DNA from: Acidimicrobiales bacterium | GTDB lineage: Bacteria; Actinomycetota; Acidimicrobiia; Acidimicrobiales; SZUA-35 | Length of the DNA stretch: 64,000 nt | Direction: 5' to 3' | NCBI GenBank assembly: GCA_037969565.1 | Contig: JBBKXQ010000161.1 | Span: forward strand, 492 to 64,491 | Shown: positions 47,284-57,509 of the stretch, one piece after another | How positions within the stretch are numbered: position 1 is the stretch's first letter | Layout: each line of letters begins with the position of its first letter | Translations under genes and position numbers: made by a program | Notes under the pieces: generated by a model | Told to the model about the DNA's origin: nothing | Seen by the model: the letters and a program-made list of their open reading frames with translations, nothing else | Databases searched by the model: none

Positions 47284-48317
47284 GCCTGCGGGTGTTCATC
47301 ACCGGTGCCACCGGCTTCGTTGGTCGTCACGTCGTGGCCGAGGCGGTCGGCCGCGGTCATCACGTGGTGGCCATGGTCAGGCCGGCATCTTCGACGTCGG
47401 CGCTCGATGCCATGCAAGAGGCCGGTCGCGTTTCGTTCGCTCGCGGCGATCTGGCCACATCCAAGGGTCTGGCCGAGGAACTCGCGGGCTGTGACACGGT
47501 CATCCATCTCGCTGCGGTGAAGGGTGGCGATTTCTTCTCACGTTTCGCCGGAACGGTCATCGGAACCGAGAATTTGCTGGCCGCCGCTACTGCCGCCGGT
47601 GTTACCGACCTCGTTGCCATCAGCACGTTCTCCGTCTACGACTATGGAAAACGCAAGGCCAACTCGGTTTTCGATGAGACCTTCCCCGTGATCTCCGACC
47701 CACGGGGACGCGATGAGTACGCCGAGACAAAGCTGTATCAAGACGAGCTGTTTTGGGCGTTCGGGGCGGCATCGGGACACCGCATGGTCATGCTGCGACC
47801 GGGAATGATCTATGGCCGAGATCAACTGTGGCACCCCCTTCTCGGCGGCGAATTCGGACCGATCAACCTGCGCATCGGGGCGAAAGCAAGGCCTCCGATC
47901 ACCTATGTCGAGAACACCGCCGAAGCCATGGTGCTTGCCGCCGAAGCCCTCGCTGAGCGTCCAGCCGAGATCGACGGCCAGGTCATCAACATCGTCGACG
48001 ATGAACTCCCGACCCAGGCCGACTACGCCATAAAGGTGAAGGGCCTGGTCGACGTACCCAGCGGGATCTTCGTCCCCTTGCCCGTGATGCGGGCTGCGGC
48101 CTCCTCCGTGGCTGCGATCAACCGGCGCTTCTTCGACGGACGGGCCAAAGTCCCCAGCATCGGGCTGCCCGACCAAATCGATGCCCGCTTCAAGCCCTTC
48201 GACTATCGCAACGAGAAAGCGAAACGCCTGCTCGGGTGGACACCGAAATTCACGTTGGACGAGGCGCTGGCTCGTAGCGCGAGTAGCGCCGACCTGATCG
48301 CCGATCGCGTTCAGTGA
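47280..48317 (+). CDS. NAD-dependent epimerase/dehydratase (extended SDR)
   Basis: VFITGATGFVGRHV (GxxGxxG) and YAETK (YxxxK). ATGA overlap with the upstream gene. Confidence 0.75.
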   Translation: MSLRVFITGATGFVGRHVVAEAVGRGHHVVAMVRPASSTSALDAMQEAGRVSFARGDLATSKGLAEELAGCDTVIHLAAVKGGDFFSRFAGTVIGTENLLAAATAAGVTDLVAISTFSVYDYGKRKANSVFDETFPVISDPRGRDEYAETKLYQDELFWAFGAASGHRMVMLRPGMIYGRDQLWHPLLGGEFGPINLRIGAKARPPITYVENTAEAMVLAAEALAERPAEIDGQVINIVDDELPTQADYAIKVKGLVDVPSGIFVPLPVMRAAASSVAAINRRFFDGRAKVPSIGLPDQIDARFKPFDYRNEKAKRLLGWTPKFTLDEALARSASSADLIADRVQ

Positions 48318-49633
48318 AACGATCCAAGAAGTTGCGGCCGACGTCTGCGGATGGACCGGAGACCTTCGGTCGACGGGTTCTGTATTTCGCCATGGAGTAT
48401 CCGCGGGCAACCGACACCTTCATTCAGCGTGAGATCAGCGGACTACGAGACCTCGGTATGGAGGTCGAGAGCTCGTCGGTTCATCGCCCCGGTGACGAAC
48501 ACATCGTCGGCGATGAGCAGCGGCAGGAGCGAGATCGCACGACCTATGTCTCCGGATCGGTGCCGGCCATGCTTCTCGCTCATCTCGGTCTGCTCGTTCG
48601 TTCACCGAAGCGCTACCTCGCCACCCTCGCGCTGGCCCGCGAGACGAGTCGAGCCGGGATCATCGGCCACGCCAAGCAGCTGCAATACGTATTCGGTGCC
48701 GGCGCACTCGCCGCGCTCCTCCGACGCAAGAAATTCGATCACCTCCACAGTCACTTCGGTGACGTTTCCACCTCGGTGGCCATGCTCGCCTCCTCGTTCT
48801 CCGGCGTGCCGTTCAGCTTCACCCTCCATGGACCAGGCGTGTTCTTCGATGCTCACACGTGGCGTCTCGATGAGAAGATCGAACGAGCACGTTTCGTGTC
48901 GTGTATTTCATGGTTCTGCCGTAGTCAGGCCCAACTCCTCAGTTCCGAAGCGAGCGCAGCAAAGCTCCACATCGTTCACTGTGGAGTGGATCCGGCCCGT
49001 TACGTCGACCGCGCCACCGACACGGCGAACCGAGACCAGCTCCGTCTGGCGTTCGTTGCCCGGCTCGACCATGTGAAGGGTGTGACGGTGCTTCTCGATG
49101 CGCTCGATCGGGTGCGGGACTCCATCCCCGGTATCCACCTCGACCTGGCGGGCGACGGACCAGGACGAGAGGCCTTCGAACGAAGGGTTTCGGACTTAGC
49201 GCTCGACAACCACGTCACCTTTCACGGCTACGTCAGCCAAACCGAGGTGGCCGAGCTGTTGGCGACGTCCGACTTGTTCGTGCTTCCGAGCTTCGCCGAG
49301 GGAGTACCGGTCGGCCTCATGGAGGCCCAGGCCAGTGGTCTTCCCGTCATCGCCACCCGAGTCGGTGGCGTGAGTGAGCTCGTCATCGACGGGACCACCG
49401 GTCTGCTGTGCGCGCCGGGCGATGTCGAAGGCCTGGCCAAGAGCATTGCGACGCTTGCGGCCGATCCGGAGTTGCGGCGTTCCATGGGAGCCGCAGGCCG
49501 GGAACGTGTTGGCCGAGAGTTCGCCAGCGCCGCAGAGGCGACTCGTCTGGCCAGCCTCTTCAACTGCGTCGGTGAAACCGTGAACCTGGGAATCCGGCCT
49601 GCGCTGCCCACCGTCGCTGACGGCCAGGCATGA
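48314..49633 (+). CDS. family-4 glycosyltransferase
   Basis: GT-B C-domain with EGVPVGLMEAQASGLPVIATRVGG (E-x7-E). GTGA overlap with the upstream gene. Confidence 0.75.
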   Translation: MKRSKKLRPTSADGPETFGRRVLYFAMEYPRATDTFIQREISGLRDLGMEVESSSVHRPGDEHIVGDEQRQERDRTTYVSGSVPAMLLAHLGLLVRSPKRYLATLALARETSRAGIIGHAKQLQYVFGAGALAALLRRKKFDHLHSHFGDVSTSVAMLASSFSGVPFSFTLHGPGVFFDAHTWRLDEKIERARFVSCISWFCRSQAQLLSSEASAAKLHIVHCGVDPARYVDRATDTANRDQLRLAFVARLDHVKGVTVLLDALDRVRDSIPGIHLDLAGDGPGREAFERRVSDLALDNHVTFHGYVSQTEVAELLATSDLFVLPSFAEGVPVGLMEAQASGLPVIATRVGGVSELVIDGTTGLLCAPGDVEGLAKSIATLAADPELRRSMGAAGRERVGREFASAAEATRLASLFNCVGETVNLGIRPALPTVADGQA

Positions 49634-49673
49634 AATCGTCGGATCGACTGGTGACCGTAGGCTTCCAGCGGGT

Positions 49674-52001
49674 TTGGCTACGGTGCAGCAGGTGAAAAGT
49701 CGACGTTGGCGAATACTCGTAACTCTCTTGGCAGGCACGCTCGTGGCCGGAGCGTGCACCCGGAGCAGTGACGACGACGTGACGCTGCCGAGTTCCGACG
49801 CTCGACCGGGCGTGGTTCGCGACGACGAACAACCGGATGTCATTCCCGACGCCGAATCCGAGGCCTTGCTCGCCGAGCAGGACTATCAGTGGAGCGTGCT
49901 GTCGTCGGGAGCCGGCGGTTTCGTCACCGGTCTCGATTCCAATGCGGATGGCTCAGTGCTCCTGGCGCGAACGGATGTCGGCGGGGTCTACAAGTGGGAC
50001 GCCGCCGGGTCTGCCTGGCGGCAATTGCTCAGCTTCGAGGGAGTCATGGACCCGGCCGGGAGTGATTGGGAGGTGGAAGCGATGGCGATCGCTCCGTCTG
50101 ATCCGAACCGTCTCTACCTTTCCACGGGCGACTCGCTCGATGCGGCCGAGGGCCGAGTTCTGGCGAGTTCCGACGGCGGCGCCACCTGGACTGCGGCCGC
50201 TCAGCAATTTGCCATCCACGGCAACGGTGACTGGCGCGATTCCGGCGAGCGGTTGGCGGTCGATCCGAGTGATGCCGATGTGGTTCTGCTCGGAACCCGA
50301 ACCGAAGGTCTGTGGCGATCAGTCGACGGCGGGAACACGTTCAATCGGATCGAGAGTGTTCCGGTCGGCACCAATGCGGCCGAACAAGAAGAGAAACAGC
50401 CGGCAGGAGTGCTCTTCGTCATCTTCGCCGCCGACGGGTCAGCGGCATGGGCTGGAGTGTCGGGTGTCGGCGTCATGCGAAGTGTCGATGGTGGTCAAAC
50501 CTGGACCACGCTGGCCCCGAGCGCGGGTATGCCGTTCGATGCCGAAGAGGGTGTTGATGGGCGGCTCTGGGTGGCCCAGCGGGATCCGGGCGTGGTTTGG
50601 GTGATCGACGGCGACAACGTGGCCGACGTCTCGCCAGGAGGAAACCGGCGATACGAGACGATCACGGTCGATCCATTCGACCCGAATCGTGTGATTGTCG
50701 GAGGGGTGGGAATCGCCAACGACCTGTGGCAAACCACCGATGGTGGCGCCGACTGGTCGGATCTCACGGTCTCCACGTCCTGTGAGTCCATCCCATGGCT
50801 CGACCTGTATCCCAATGACTTCCTTCCGACCGGATCGCTTCGGTTCGACCGCACCGTTCCGAACCAAGTCTGGGTTCCCGAGGGGTTCGCAGTGTGGCGA
50901 GCCGAGGTCGGAGTCGACACGTTCGCCATGGGTTGTGAGGCGCGGGGCATCGAAGAAATGGTGTCGAACGATGTCGTGGTACCTCCTGGTGGCGATCCGA
51001 TCACGGCCCACTGGGATCGCGGGCTCTTCTGGCATGGTGGCGAGGTGTCCGAAGCGGCCAAGGTACATCCGGCCAACCGCTTCAACTCCGCTTGGGATCT
51101 CGATTGGACCCCGGCCGACCCCAATTTCGTGGTCGCTGTCATCGGTGATCAACGGGGCTGTTGTCGCGGTGACGAGGATTCGTTCTTGAGTGCCTATTCA
51201 GAAGACGGTGGCGAGACCTGGACTCCGTTCGGTTCCTACGCCAACGGCCATCCGTCTGAATTGGTCTACGGAAACATCGCCATCTCGGCGTCGGACAAGA
51301 ACAACATCGTCTGGCTGCCAACCTTCAACCGACCTCCGTTCTTCACGACCGACGGTGGCCAGACCTGGACGCCGGTCGAGCCGCCCGGAACCGATCAAAT
51401 CCGGACCAAGGACGACAACTACGCAGGCGGTTCCCACTTCCAGTACTACCTCAACCGGAAAGTGCTGGTTGCGGATCGCATCGAGCCGAGCACGTTCTAC
51501 CTCTACCATTCACTCGGTCTGTTCCGCTCCACCGATGGTGGCGCCAGTTGGGAACTGTTGGCATCAGAGGGGCTCCCGCTCGGCGGCATCGGTGTCTTCA
51601 ATGCCCAGCTCGTGGCGTCGCCGGTCGAGGCTGGTCACTTGTTGTTCTCACCCAGCGCCGCCGACGCCGGCGCAGTTCCCACCTATGAGAGTCGAGATGG
51701 CGGAGCCACGTGGCGAACCGTTCCCGGCTTGTCCGACGTGACGGCTCTGGGATTCGGAGCGCCATTGGCCGATGGGGGTCCTGCTGCGGTCTATCTTTCC
51801 GGTGCATACGACGGCGCCAGGGGTATCTGGAGGTCGGTCGATGGCCTCGTCACCTTCGAGCTGATTTCGCGGGCTCCACTGGGCAACTACCAATCGGTTC
51901 GTACGATCACGGGCGATGAAAGTGAGCCAGGTGCCGTGTACCTCGGATTCGAAGGAACTTCGTTCATGGTCGGCAAGCTCGAGCCGATTGAAGAGGGCTG
52001 A
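49674..52001 (+). CDS. Asp-box (BNR) repeat lipoprotein, GH74-like double beta-propeller
   Basis: Lipobox-like LVAGAC. Eight SxDxGxTW-type Asp boxes (SSDGGATW, SVDGGNTF, SVDGGQTW, TTDGGADW, SEDGGETW, TTDGGQTW, STDGGASW, SRDGGATW) plus one degenerate. The C-terminal ITGDESEPGAVYLGFEGT resembles GH74 ends. Confidence 0.55.
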   Translation: MATVQQVKSRRWRILVTLLAGTLVAGACTRSSDDDVTLPSSDARPGVVRDDEQPDVIPDAESEALLAEQDYQWSVLSSGAGGFVTGLDSNADGSVLLARTDVGGVYKWDAAGSAWRQLLSFEGVMDPAGSDWEVEAMAIAPSDPNRLYLSTGDSLDAAEGRVLASSDGGATWTAAAQQFAIHGNGDWRDSGERLAVDPSDADVVLLGTRTEGLWRSVDGGNTFNRIESVPVGTNAAEQEEKQPAGVLFVIFAADGSAAWAGVSGVGVMRSVDGGQTWTTLAPSAGMPFDAEEGVDGRLWVAQRDPGVVWVIDGDNVADVSPGGNRRYETITVDPFDPNRVIVGGVGIANDLWQTTDGGADWSDLTVSTSCESIPWLDLYPNDFLPTGSLRFDRTVPNQVWVPEGFAVWRAEVGVDTFAMGCEARGIEEMVSNDVVVPPGGDPITAHWDRGLFWHGGEVSEAAKVHPANRFNSAWDLDWTPADPNFVVAVIGDQRGCCRGDEDSFLSAYSEDGGETWTPFGSYANGHPSELVYGNIAISASDKNNIVWLPTFNRPPFFTTDGGQTWTPVEPPGTDQIRTKDDNYAGGSHFQYYLNRKVLVADRIEPSTFYLYHSLGLFRSTDGGASWELLASEGLPLGGIGVFNAQLVASPVEAGHLLFSPSAADAGAVPTYESRDGGATWRTVPGLSDVTALGFGAPLADGGPAAVYLSGAYDGARGIWRSVDGLVTFELISRAPLGNYQSVRTITGDESEPGAVYLGFEGTSFMVGKLEPIEEG

Positions 52002-52061
52002 GGTGTCGCGAGATCCGTCTCGTGGCGCACACGTTCAGCGCCCGCCCCGCCCGGAGAGGAG

Positions 52062-52928
52062 TTGTCATTGAAGGCTCATGAATCCACCGATCCGATCGGT
52101 CAACGGACCATCGTTGCCCATCCCTTCGAGACGGTCGATCTGTTCGGCCTGCCTTTCATCAGTGCCGATTCCGAGGCTGCTCTCGCCGATCACTTGGCTC
52201 GGTGGGTGCCGTCGCAGCGGCGAGCAGACCTGATCGGTGATCGATTCGAGTCGTCGACCGTGCCCGTCGTCTTCACGCCGAATGTCGACGTCATCGTTCA
52301 CATGTCAGGCGACGATGGCATTGCATGGCGTGACTTCATGCGCCGCGCCAGGTTTGTCCTGCCCGACGGCTGGCCGATTGTCTCGGTCTCCAAGCTGGCG
52401 GGTCGGCCCCTCGATCAACGCCTGGCCGGTAGCTCGATCTTTGCCCACTGGTGGCCCCAGATCGCCGCCGACAAGCGGCGGGTGGCGATGGTCATTTCCA
52501 ACGACGTCATCAAGGCAGGCCTATTGGCCGAGCACGAAGCAGCGGTGATTCTCCGACCAGGACTGGTCGCTCCGAACCAAACCGCGATCAACGATCTCGC
52601 CGATGAGTTCGTTCGACTCGCTGTCCCCACGGCCCCAGAATTCATCGTCTTCGGACTCGGCCTTCCCAAGGATCCCGCATTGGCATCCGCTGTTTTCGAC
52701 CGCTGGCCCGACGATCTCGATCTGCCACTCGCACTCTGTCTCGGAGCCTCGGCCGAGCTCTATCTCGGTCTGCGCAAACGAGCTCCGGGATGGTCGCAGC
52801 GTCTGCGGCTCGAATGGATTGTTCGATTCGTGCAGGAACCCCGCCGGATGTTCAAGCGGTACTTCATCCAAGATCTCGCATTCATCCCCATTGCCTTGCG
52901 CGAAGTCGTGCGGCTGAGGCGATCATGA
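52062..52928 (+). CDS. WecB/TagA/CpsF-family (GT26) glycosyltransferase
   Basis: PDGWPIV...RLAGSSIF and C-terminal RLEWIVRFVQEPRRMFKRYF, the GT26 signature. TTG 52062 or TTG 52068 is the start; GGAGAGGAG lies just upstream. Confidence 0.7.
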   Translation: MSLKAHESTDPIGQRTIVAHPFETVDLFGLPFISADSEAALADHLARWVPSQRRADLIGDRFESSTVPVVFTPNVDVIVHMSGDDGIAWRDFMRRARFVLPDGWPIVSVSKLAGRPLDQRLAGSSIFAHWWPQIAADKRRVAMVISNDVIKAGLLAEHEAAVILRPGLVAPNQTAINDLADEFVRLAVPTAPEFIVFGLGLPKDPALASAVFDRWPDDLDLPLALCLGASAELYLGLRKRAPGWSQRLRLEWIVRFVQEPRRMFKRYFIQDLAFIPIALREVVRLRRS

Positions 52929-53839
52929 GCGACTCCCTGGAGATCTCGGTCGTGATGCCGTGCGGGTCGGTCGAACCAGAACTCGACGACCAGCTCGAAG
53001 CGCTGGCCCGACAATCGTTCGACGGTGTGTGGGAGCTGGTCATTTCGCTCAACACTGCGGCGCCGGATGCCCGTCGGGCACTTGATCGTGCGATCGAGAA
53101 GTTCACCGCTACCCCCGGCGGGGCAGCACCATCCGTCTCGGTCATCGACTCTTCCACGATACAGAGCGCGGCCCACGCCCGGAACGAAGGGGCAGCTGCG
53201 GCGAAGGCACCGTTGATCGCCTTCTGTGACAGCGACGACATCGCTGATCGTCAGTGGCTTTCGGCCATCGTTCGTGGACTCGAGGTCGATGCCGCCGTCG
53301 GGGGCCACCTCGACGAGGAGCAACTCGCCGTGCCCGGCCAGGAGAATTGGCGGCCGCCCGCAACTCCGGGAGCGAATCCGACGTTCATGGATCATCCATA
53401 CCTGGTGTCGGCCAACATGGGGATCCGGGCCGAGGCGTTCCGTTCAGCCGGCGGATTCGACGAAGAACTGGTCAGGGGAGAGGACATTGCCTTCTCGTGG
53501 TCGCTGCTCCGACGCGGTGTCACCCTCGGGTTTTGTCCGGACGCCATCATGCACTATCGCCATCGTCGGGGGCTGAAATCGATGCTGGTGCAGCACTATC
53601 TCTACGGTCGAGGTATGAGCCAACTTCTCGCTCGCCATGGTCTCCCTGATGGCTCGAGCGGAAATGCTGCGATGCTGCGAGCCAATGGGCAGCGAATCGA
53701 AAACATGAATGCCGTGCACATTGCCCGCAAAGGGGCAATCGGGTTCGGTCGGCTCGTCGGTCTCGTGCAGGAGAAATTGCCGAAACGACACGCCAAAACG
53801 ACGGCAGCCCCCCAATTCTCGAACACCGGAAAGCGGTGA
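52925..53839 (+). CDS. family-2 glycosyltransferase
   Basis: ISVVMPCGS and FCDSDD (DxD). ATGA overlap with the GT26 gene. The tracked ORF starts at 52790. Confidence 0.75.
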   Translation: MSDSLEISVVMPCGSVEPELDDQLEALARQSFDGVWELVISLNTAAPDARRALDRAIEKFTATPGGAAPSVSVIDSSTIQSAAHARNEGAAAAKAPLIAFCDSDDIADRQWLSAIVRGLEVDAAVGGHLDEEQLAVPGQENWRPPATPGANPTFMDHPYLVSANMGIRAEAFRSAGGFDEELVRGEDIAFSWSLLRRGVTLGFCPDAIMHYRHRRGLKSMLVQHYLYGRGMSQLLARHGLPDGSSGNAAMLRANGQRIENMNAVHIARKGAIGFGRLVGLVQEKLPKRHAKTTAAPQFSNTGKR

Positions 53840-53868
53840 CGGCCTTGCGCCGTCACCCGGAGTGAACC

Positions 53869-55776
53869 ATGGAACTTTCATTTGTCTTCGCCGCACTGAA
53901 GCGCCGCTGGTGGGTTGTGCTGATCTTCGCCGAACTCGGCATCTTGCCGCTGCTGCTCGGTGGCGGACCGGTGCAGAGTGTCTATGAGGCAGAGGCTCGC
54001 CTCCAGGTCGTCGCTCCCGACGACTCACGCACGAGCGCGGCCCAACCCGACCGATACGTACTCAGCCAGATCGAGGTCTTGCAGGGACGCGAGATCGCCG
54101 AACAGGTAGCGGCGTCCCTCGGAAGCGAGGATGTCGGTGCGATTGCGCGGAGCAGTACCTTCGAGCACATCCCCGAAACCGACATCGTCGTGGTGAGCGT
54201 TCGCCAGAGCGAGCCGGAACGGGCCCAGTTGGTCGCACAAGCGATCACCGAGGTCTACATCAACAATCTGGTCGAGGGCGAGCAAGCGCGACGCACACCC
54301 GAACTCGAACGCTTCAGCCGCGAGCTCGACGAAGCCCGAATCAAGCTCGCCGACGTGAACGAGCGCATCAAGACCGCCTTCGCCCCGTACCTGAGCGCCT
54401 CCGCCGATCAGCAGCGTCAGATTCCACCGGCCTCCGTGCTGGTTCCGAACGAAGAGGCCGAACAGCTTGCATTGCTGGCAGAGATCACCCGGGTGGAGCA
54501 ACTACAAAGCAATTTGATCAACACACCGTCCGAGCTGAACACGTCGATCGTGCAGAACGCGAATCTCCCGACTTCTCAGATCACCGAATCCAGCGGCGTC
54601 TTCGAACTTGCCTTCCTGGCCGGAATGACACTGCTCGGAATCGCGGTGGCGCTGCTCTGGGCCCGGTTCTCGCCCAAGATCCTGGATGAGCAGCACGCGT
54701 CGGAGATTCTCGGCGTTCCTGTCGTGACCAGACTGAAGAAGTCGAAGTCGCTGAAGCAGGATCCCCTCATGGCCTTCACCAGGCTGCCTCAGGATCTCAT
54801 CTCCAGCGTCGACCAGATTGCCGTCCAGGCCGAGGCGCTGGCCACGATCGATCGGCCGCTCACTGTGGCTGTCGTCGGCTCGCAACGGGGTTCGGCGGCG
54901 ACCACCACTGCGGTCGCCCTTGCCTCCCGCTTCGCCGCAGCGGAGTATTCGGTGCTCCTCGTCGACGCCGACCGACGGGATCCGTGGGTCACCGAGGTGT
55001 TCGGTGCCGGCGATCACGGCGGTATGGCTGCCCTGCTCGGCTTGTCGGACAAGGGAGTCGACCAGATCTTCACTCGCACGAGCGAACCCGACGTTCGAGT
55101 ACTCGGGCTCAGTGGGAGCGGTGCCAATCTGCGGCGTGAAACGGCCCCCGCCCTCGTCGACGCCGCCCGCGAGGCGGCCGACATCGTGATCTTCGATGCT
55201 GGACCACTTCTCGACGCGGCGTCCACCGTCGAGCTCTGCAATGTCGTCGATGCGATCGTTCTGGTGGTACCGCTCTCCGATGCTCGAGCCGACGATCTGG
55301 CCGTCGTGGCCCGTCAGCTCAGTCATGTCCGAGGTCGGGTGCTGCCCGTGCTCACGGCCACATCTCGCAACGCGGCATCACACGAACCTGTTGCCGTGAA
55401 CCTCGGGGCCGACAGCTTCGCAGCAGACGGCGGGCTCGTCGCCACGGCCAGACAAGCGGTTGTTGCCGAGTCCGTGCCGAAGCCGGACCGCCGGGAGCGT
55501 TCGGCCAGTGAACGTCGGAAGAGCACCCGGGAATCAACGGTCAACGGTGACTCAGAGCGTCGGACCTCCGGTTCGGCCTTCGATGAGGACAAGGAGACCG
55601 CACCGGTGGCAACGGCGGTTGCTGCTCGCAAGCCAGCCGGCGGTTCGAGCTCGAAGCCTTCTGCTGAACCGAGTCAAGCCGATACCACGCGTGAGACTCC
55701 CACCAGGTCCGGTGAATCTGGCGGGAACCGGTCGGGATCGACCCCTCATCGCCCTGGTAGCCCCGACTCACCCTGA
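53869..55776 (+). CDS. polysaccharide co-polymerase (Wzz) fused to BY-kinase-like P-loop domain, degenerate Walker A
   Basis: TM1 (WWVVLIFAELGILPLLL), a coiled periplasmic-type domain, then TM2 (FELAFLAGMTLLGIAVALLW). Next come VAVVGSQRGSAATTT, where GxGKS/T is expected, then VLLVDADRRDP (Walker A') and IVIFDAGP (Walker B). The Ser/Thr/Arg-rich tail has no Tyr. Confidence 0.65.
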   Translation: MELSFVFAALKRRWWVVLIFAELGILPLLLGGGPVQSVYEAEARLQVVAPDDSRTSAAQPDRYVLSQIEVLQGREIAEQVAASLGSEDVGAIARSSTFEHIPETDIVVVSVRQSEPERAQLVAQAITEVYINNLVEGEQARRTPELERFSRELDEARIKLADVNERIKTAFAPYLSASADQQRQIPPASVLVPNEEAEQLALLAEITRVEQLQSNLINTPSELNTSIVQNANLPTSQITESSGVFELAFLAGMTLLGIAVALLWARFSPKILDEQHASEILGVPVVTRLKKSKSLKQDPLMAFTRLPQDLISSVDQIAVQAEALATIDRPLTVAVVGSQRGSAATTTAVALASRFAAAEYSVLLVDADRRDPWVTEVFGAGDHGGMAALLGLSDKGVDQIFTRTSEPDVRVLGLSGSGANLRRETAPALVDAAREAADIVIFDAGPLLDAASTVELCNVVDAIVLVVPLSDARADDLAVVARQLSHVRGRVLPVLTATSRNAASHEPVAVNLGADSFAADGGLVATARQAVVAESVPKPDRRERSASERRKSTRESTVNGDSERRTSGSAFDEDKETAPVATAVAARKPAGGSSSKPSAEPSQADTTRETPTRSGESGGNRSGSTPHRPGSPDSP

Positions 55777-55867
55777 CCGAATACGTCGTCCGTCGACACT
55801 GAACCCACGAACCCGTAGACACCTCGACCTCAGGTGTACGTTGATTCGGCGAAAGTAGACCAAGATC

Positions 55868-56686
55868 ATGACAAACAACTCCGACCCGGTGACGATCGAC
55901 CCGACCGACATTCCCGTTGTCATTCTTTGTGGTGGGCAGGGCACGCGGATCCGGGAGGCGTCGGAGAAACTGCCGAAGCCGCTCATCGACATCGGTGGCC
56001 AGCCCGTGCTCTGGCACATCATGAAGACCTACCGGACCCACGGGTTCCGTCGGTTCATTCTCTGCCTCGGCTACAAGGCTTGGGACATCAAGGAATACTT
56101 CCTTCGCTACCAGGAGAACGTGTCCGACTTCACCATCAACGTGGCGACGGGTGCCGGTCCCCGCTTCCACGAGCGTGCAGAGCTCGACGATTGGGAAGTG
56201 AGCCTGGTCGACACCGGTATGGAAACCGGGACGGGCGGCAGGTTGGCTCGCGTCGCGCATCTCCTCGACCAGCCCTATTTCATGGTCAGCTACGGCGATG
56301 GAGTCGGCGGTGTCGATCTCTCTGGCGAACTGAACCAACTGGCGAACAAGCCGAACCTCATGGCGATGGTCACCGGTGTTCACCCCACGAGTCGTTACGG
56401 CGAATTGCACACCGAGGAAGACCGGGTCGTCGATTTTGCCGAGAAACTCCCGTCCGATGGTTGGGTGTCGGCAGGGTTTTTCGCCTTTCGAGCCGAGTTT
56501 CTCCAGCGCTTGCTTCCCGACCCGAGTCATTTCTTCGAACAGGGGCCGATGCAGGATCTCGCGCGAGAGAATCGTCTCGGCTTGTGGGAGCACCGCGGAT
56601 TCTGGATGGGAATGGACACCTATCGGGAGTACGTGGCACTCAACCGGCTCTGGGCCGACGGGCAAGCCGAGTGGAAGATCTGGTGA
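55868..56686 (+). CDS. rfbF: glucose-1-phosphate cytidylyltransferase
   Basis: PVVILCGGQGTRIREASEKLPKPLIDIGGQPVLWHIMK is the characteristic RfbF N-terminus. Length is about 272 aa. Confidence 0.85.
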   Translation: MTNNSDPVTIDPTDIPVVILCGGQGTRIREASEKLPKPLIDIGGQPVLWHIMKTYRTHGFRRFILCLGYKAWDIKEYFLRYQENVSDFTINVATGAGPRFHERAELDDWEVSLVDTGMETGTGGRLARVAHLLDQPYFMVSYGDGVGGVDLSGELNQLANKPNLMAMVTGVHPTSRYGELHTEEDRVVDFAEKLPSDGWVSAGFFAFRAEFLQRLLPDPSHFFEQGPMQDLARENRLGLWEHRGFWMGMDTYREYVALNRLWADGQAEWKIW

Positions 56687-56703
56687 CGGGGGCCTGATCG
56701 GCG

Positions 56704-57366
56704 TCAGCTACCCGTGCCCCGGGCCACGACGAGGATGGTTCGAAGGAGCAACATGACGTCGGCTCGGAAGGTCACGGCGTCGGCGTAAGCGGCATCCAAC
56801 GGCAGGCCGGGTTGAAGGTCGCCTTTTCGGCGCAGTTCGGAGACCTGGTAGGGACCGGTGAGTCCGGGCCGCACCGTGTGTCGGGCATGAGCCTTGAAAT
56901 CCGCAGTTGCGACCGACTCGAGTTCGGGACGAGGACCGACGAGCGACATGTCACCTCGCAGAACATTCCACAGCTGGGGAATCTCGTCGAGACTGAACTT
57001 TCGGGCGATACGCCCCGCTGAGGTATGGCGGGGATCGTGCCGACTCTTGTGAGTGGATCGGCGCTCCGGTCCGTCGAATTCGGGATCGAGGGTTTCCCGC
57101 CGGCTCGACTCCATGGTTCGCAGCTTGAGCATGCTGAACACTTGGCCGTGTTGACCGACACGGCGCTGGTGGAGAAGTAAACCGGGCCCTAGCTGTAGCC
57201 ACAAGGCCGCGAACACGAGTGCGAACACGGGAAAGATCAGCAGGAGAACGAATCCCGATACGGCGATGTCGAGAAGGCGTTTGCCCCAACGGCCGTACCA
57301 CTGTCGTGTTTTTCCGATGGAGAACGCTTGCGTCGTGGTCTGCTCTGTTTGTTCAATCAAGGACAT
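56704..57366 (-). CDS. small (monotopic-type) polyprenyl-phosphate sugar-phosphate transferase
   Basis: Bacterial sugar transferase core: KRLLDIAVS..., KLRTM, LDEIPQLWNVLRGDMSLVGPRP. 220 aa. Confidence 0.75.
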   Translation of the reverse strand: MSLIEQTEQTTTQAFSIGKTRQWYGRWGKRLLDIAVSGFVLLLIFPVFALVFAALWLQLGPGLLLHQRRVGQHGQVFSMLKLRTMESSRRETLDPEFDGPERRSTHKSRHDPRHTSAGRIARKFSLDEIPQLWNVLRGDMSLVGPRPELESVATADFKAHARHTVRPGLTGPYQVSELRRKGDLQPGLPLDAAYADAVTFRADVMLLLRTILVVARGTGS

Positions 57367-57509
57367 TCAGGTGCTCCACTCGGCGCCGCGGCTGGCAAGA
57401 GTATGGCAAACGGTGGGCCAGAAGGAAACAAAACCGAGATGGCTCCGGACCACGGCCGAATTCTCCGACCCGGCGCCGGCCGCGACACAAGTCAGAACAA
57501 CGACCGAAC

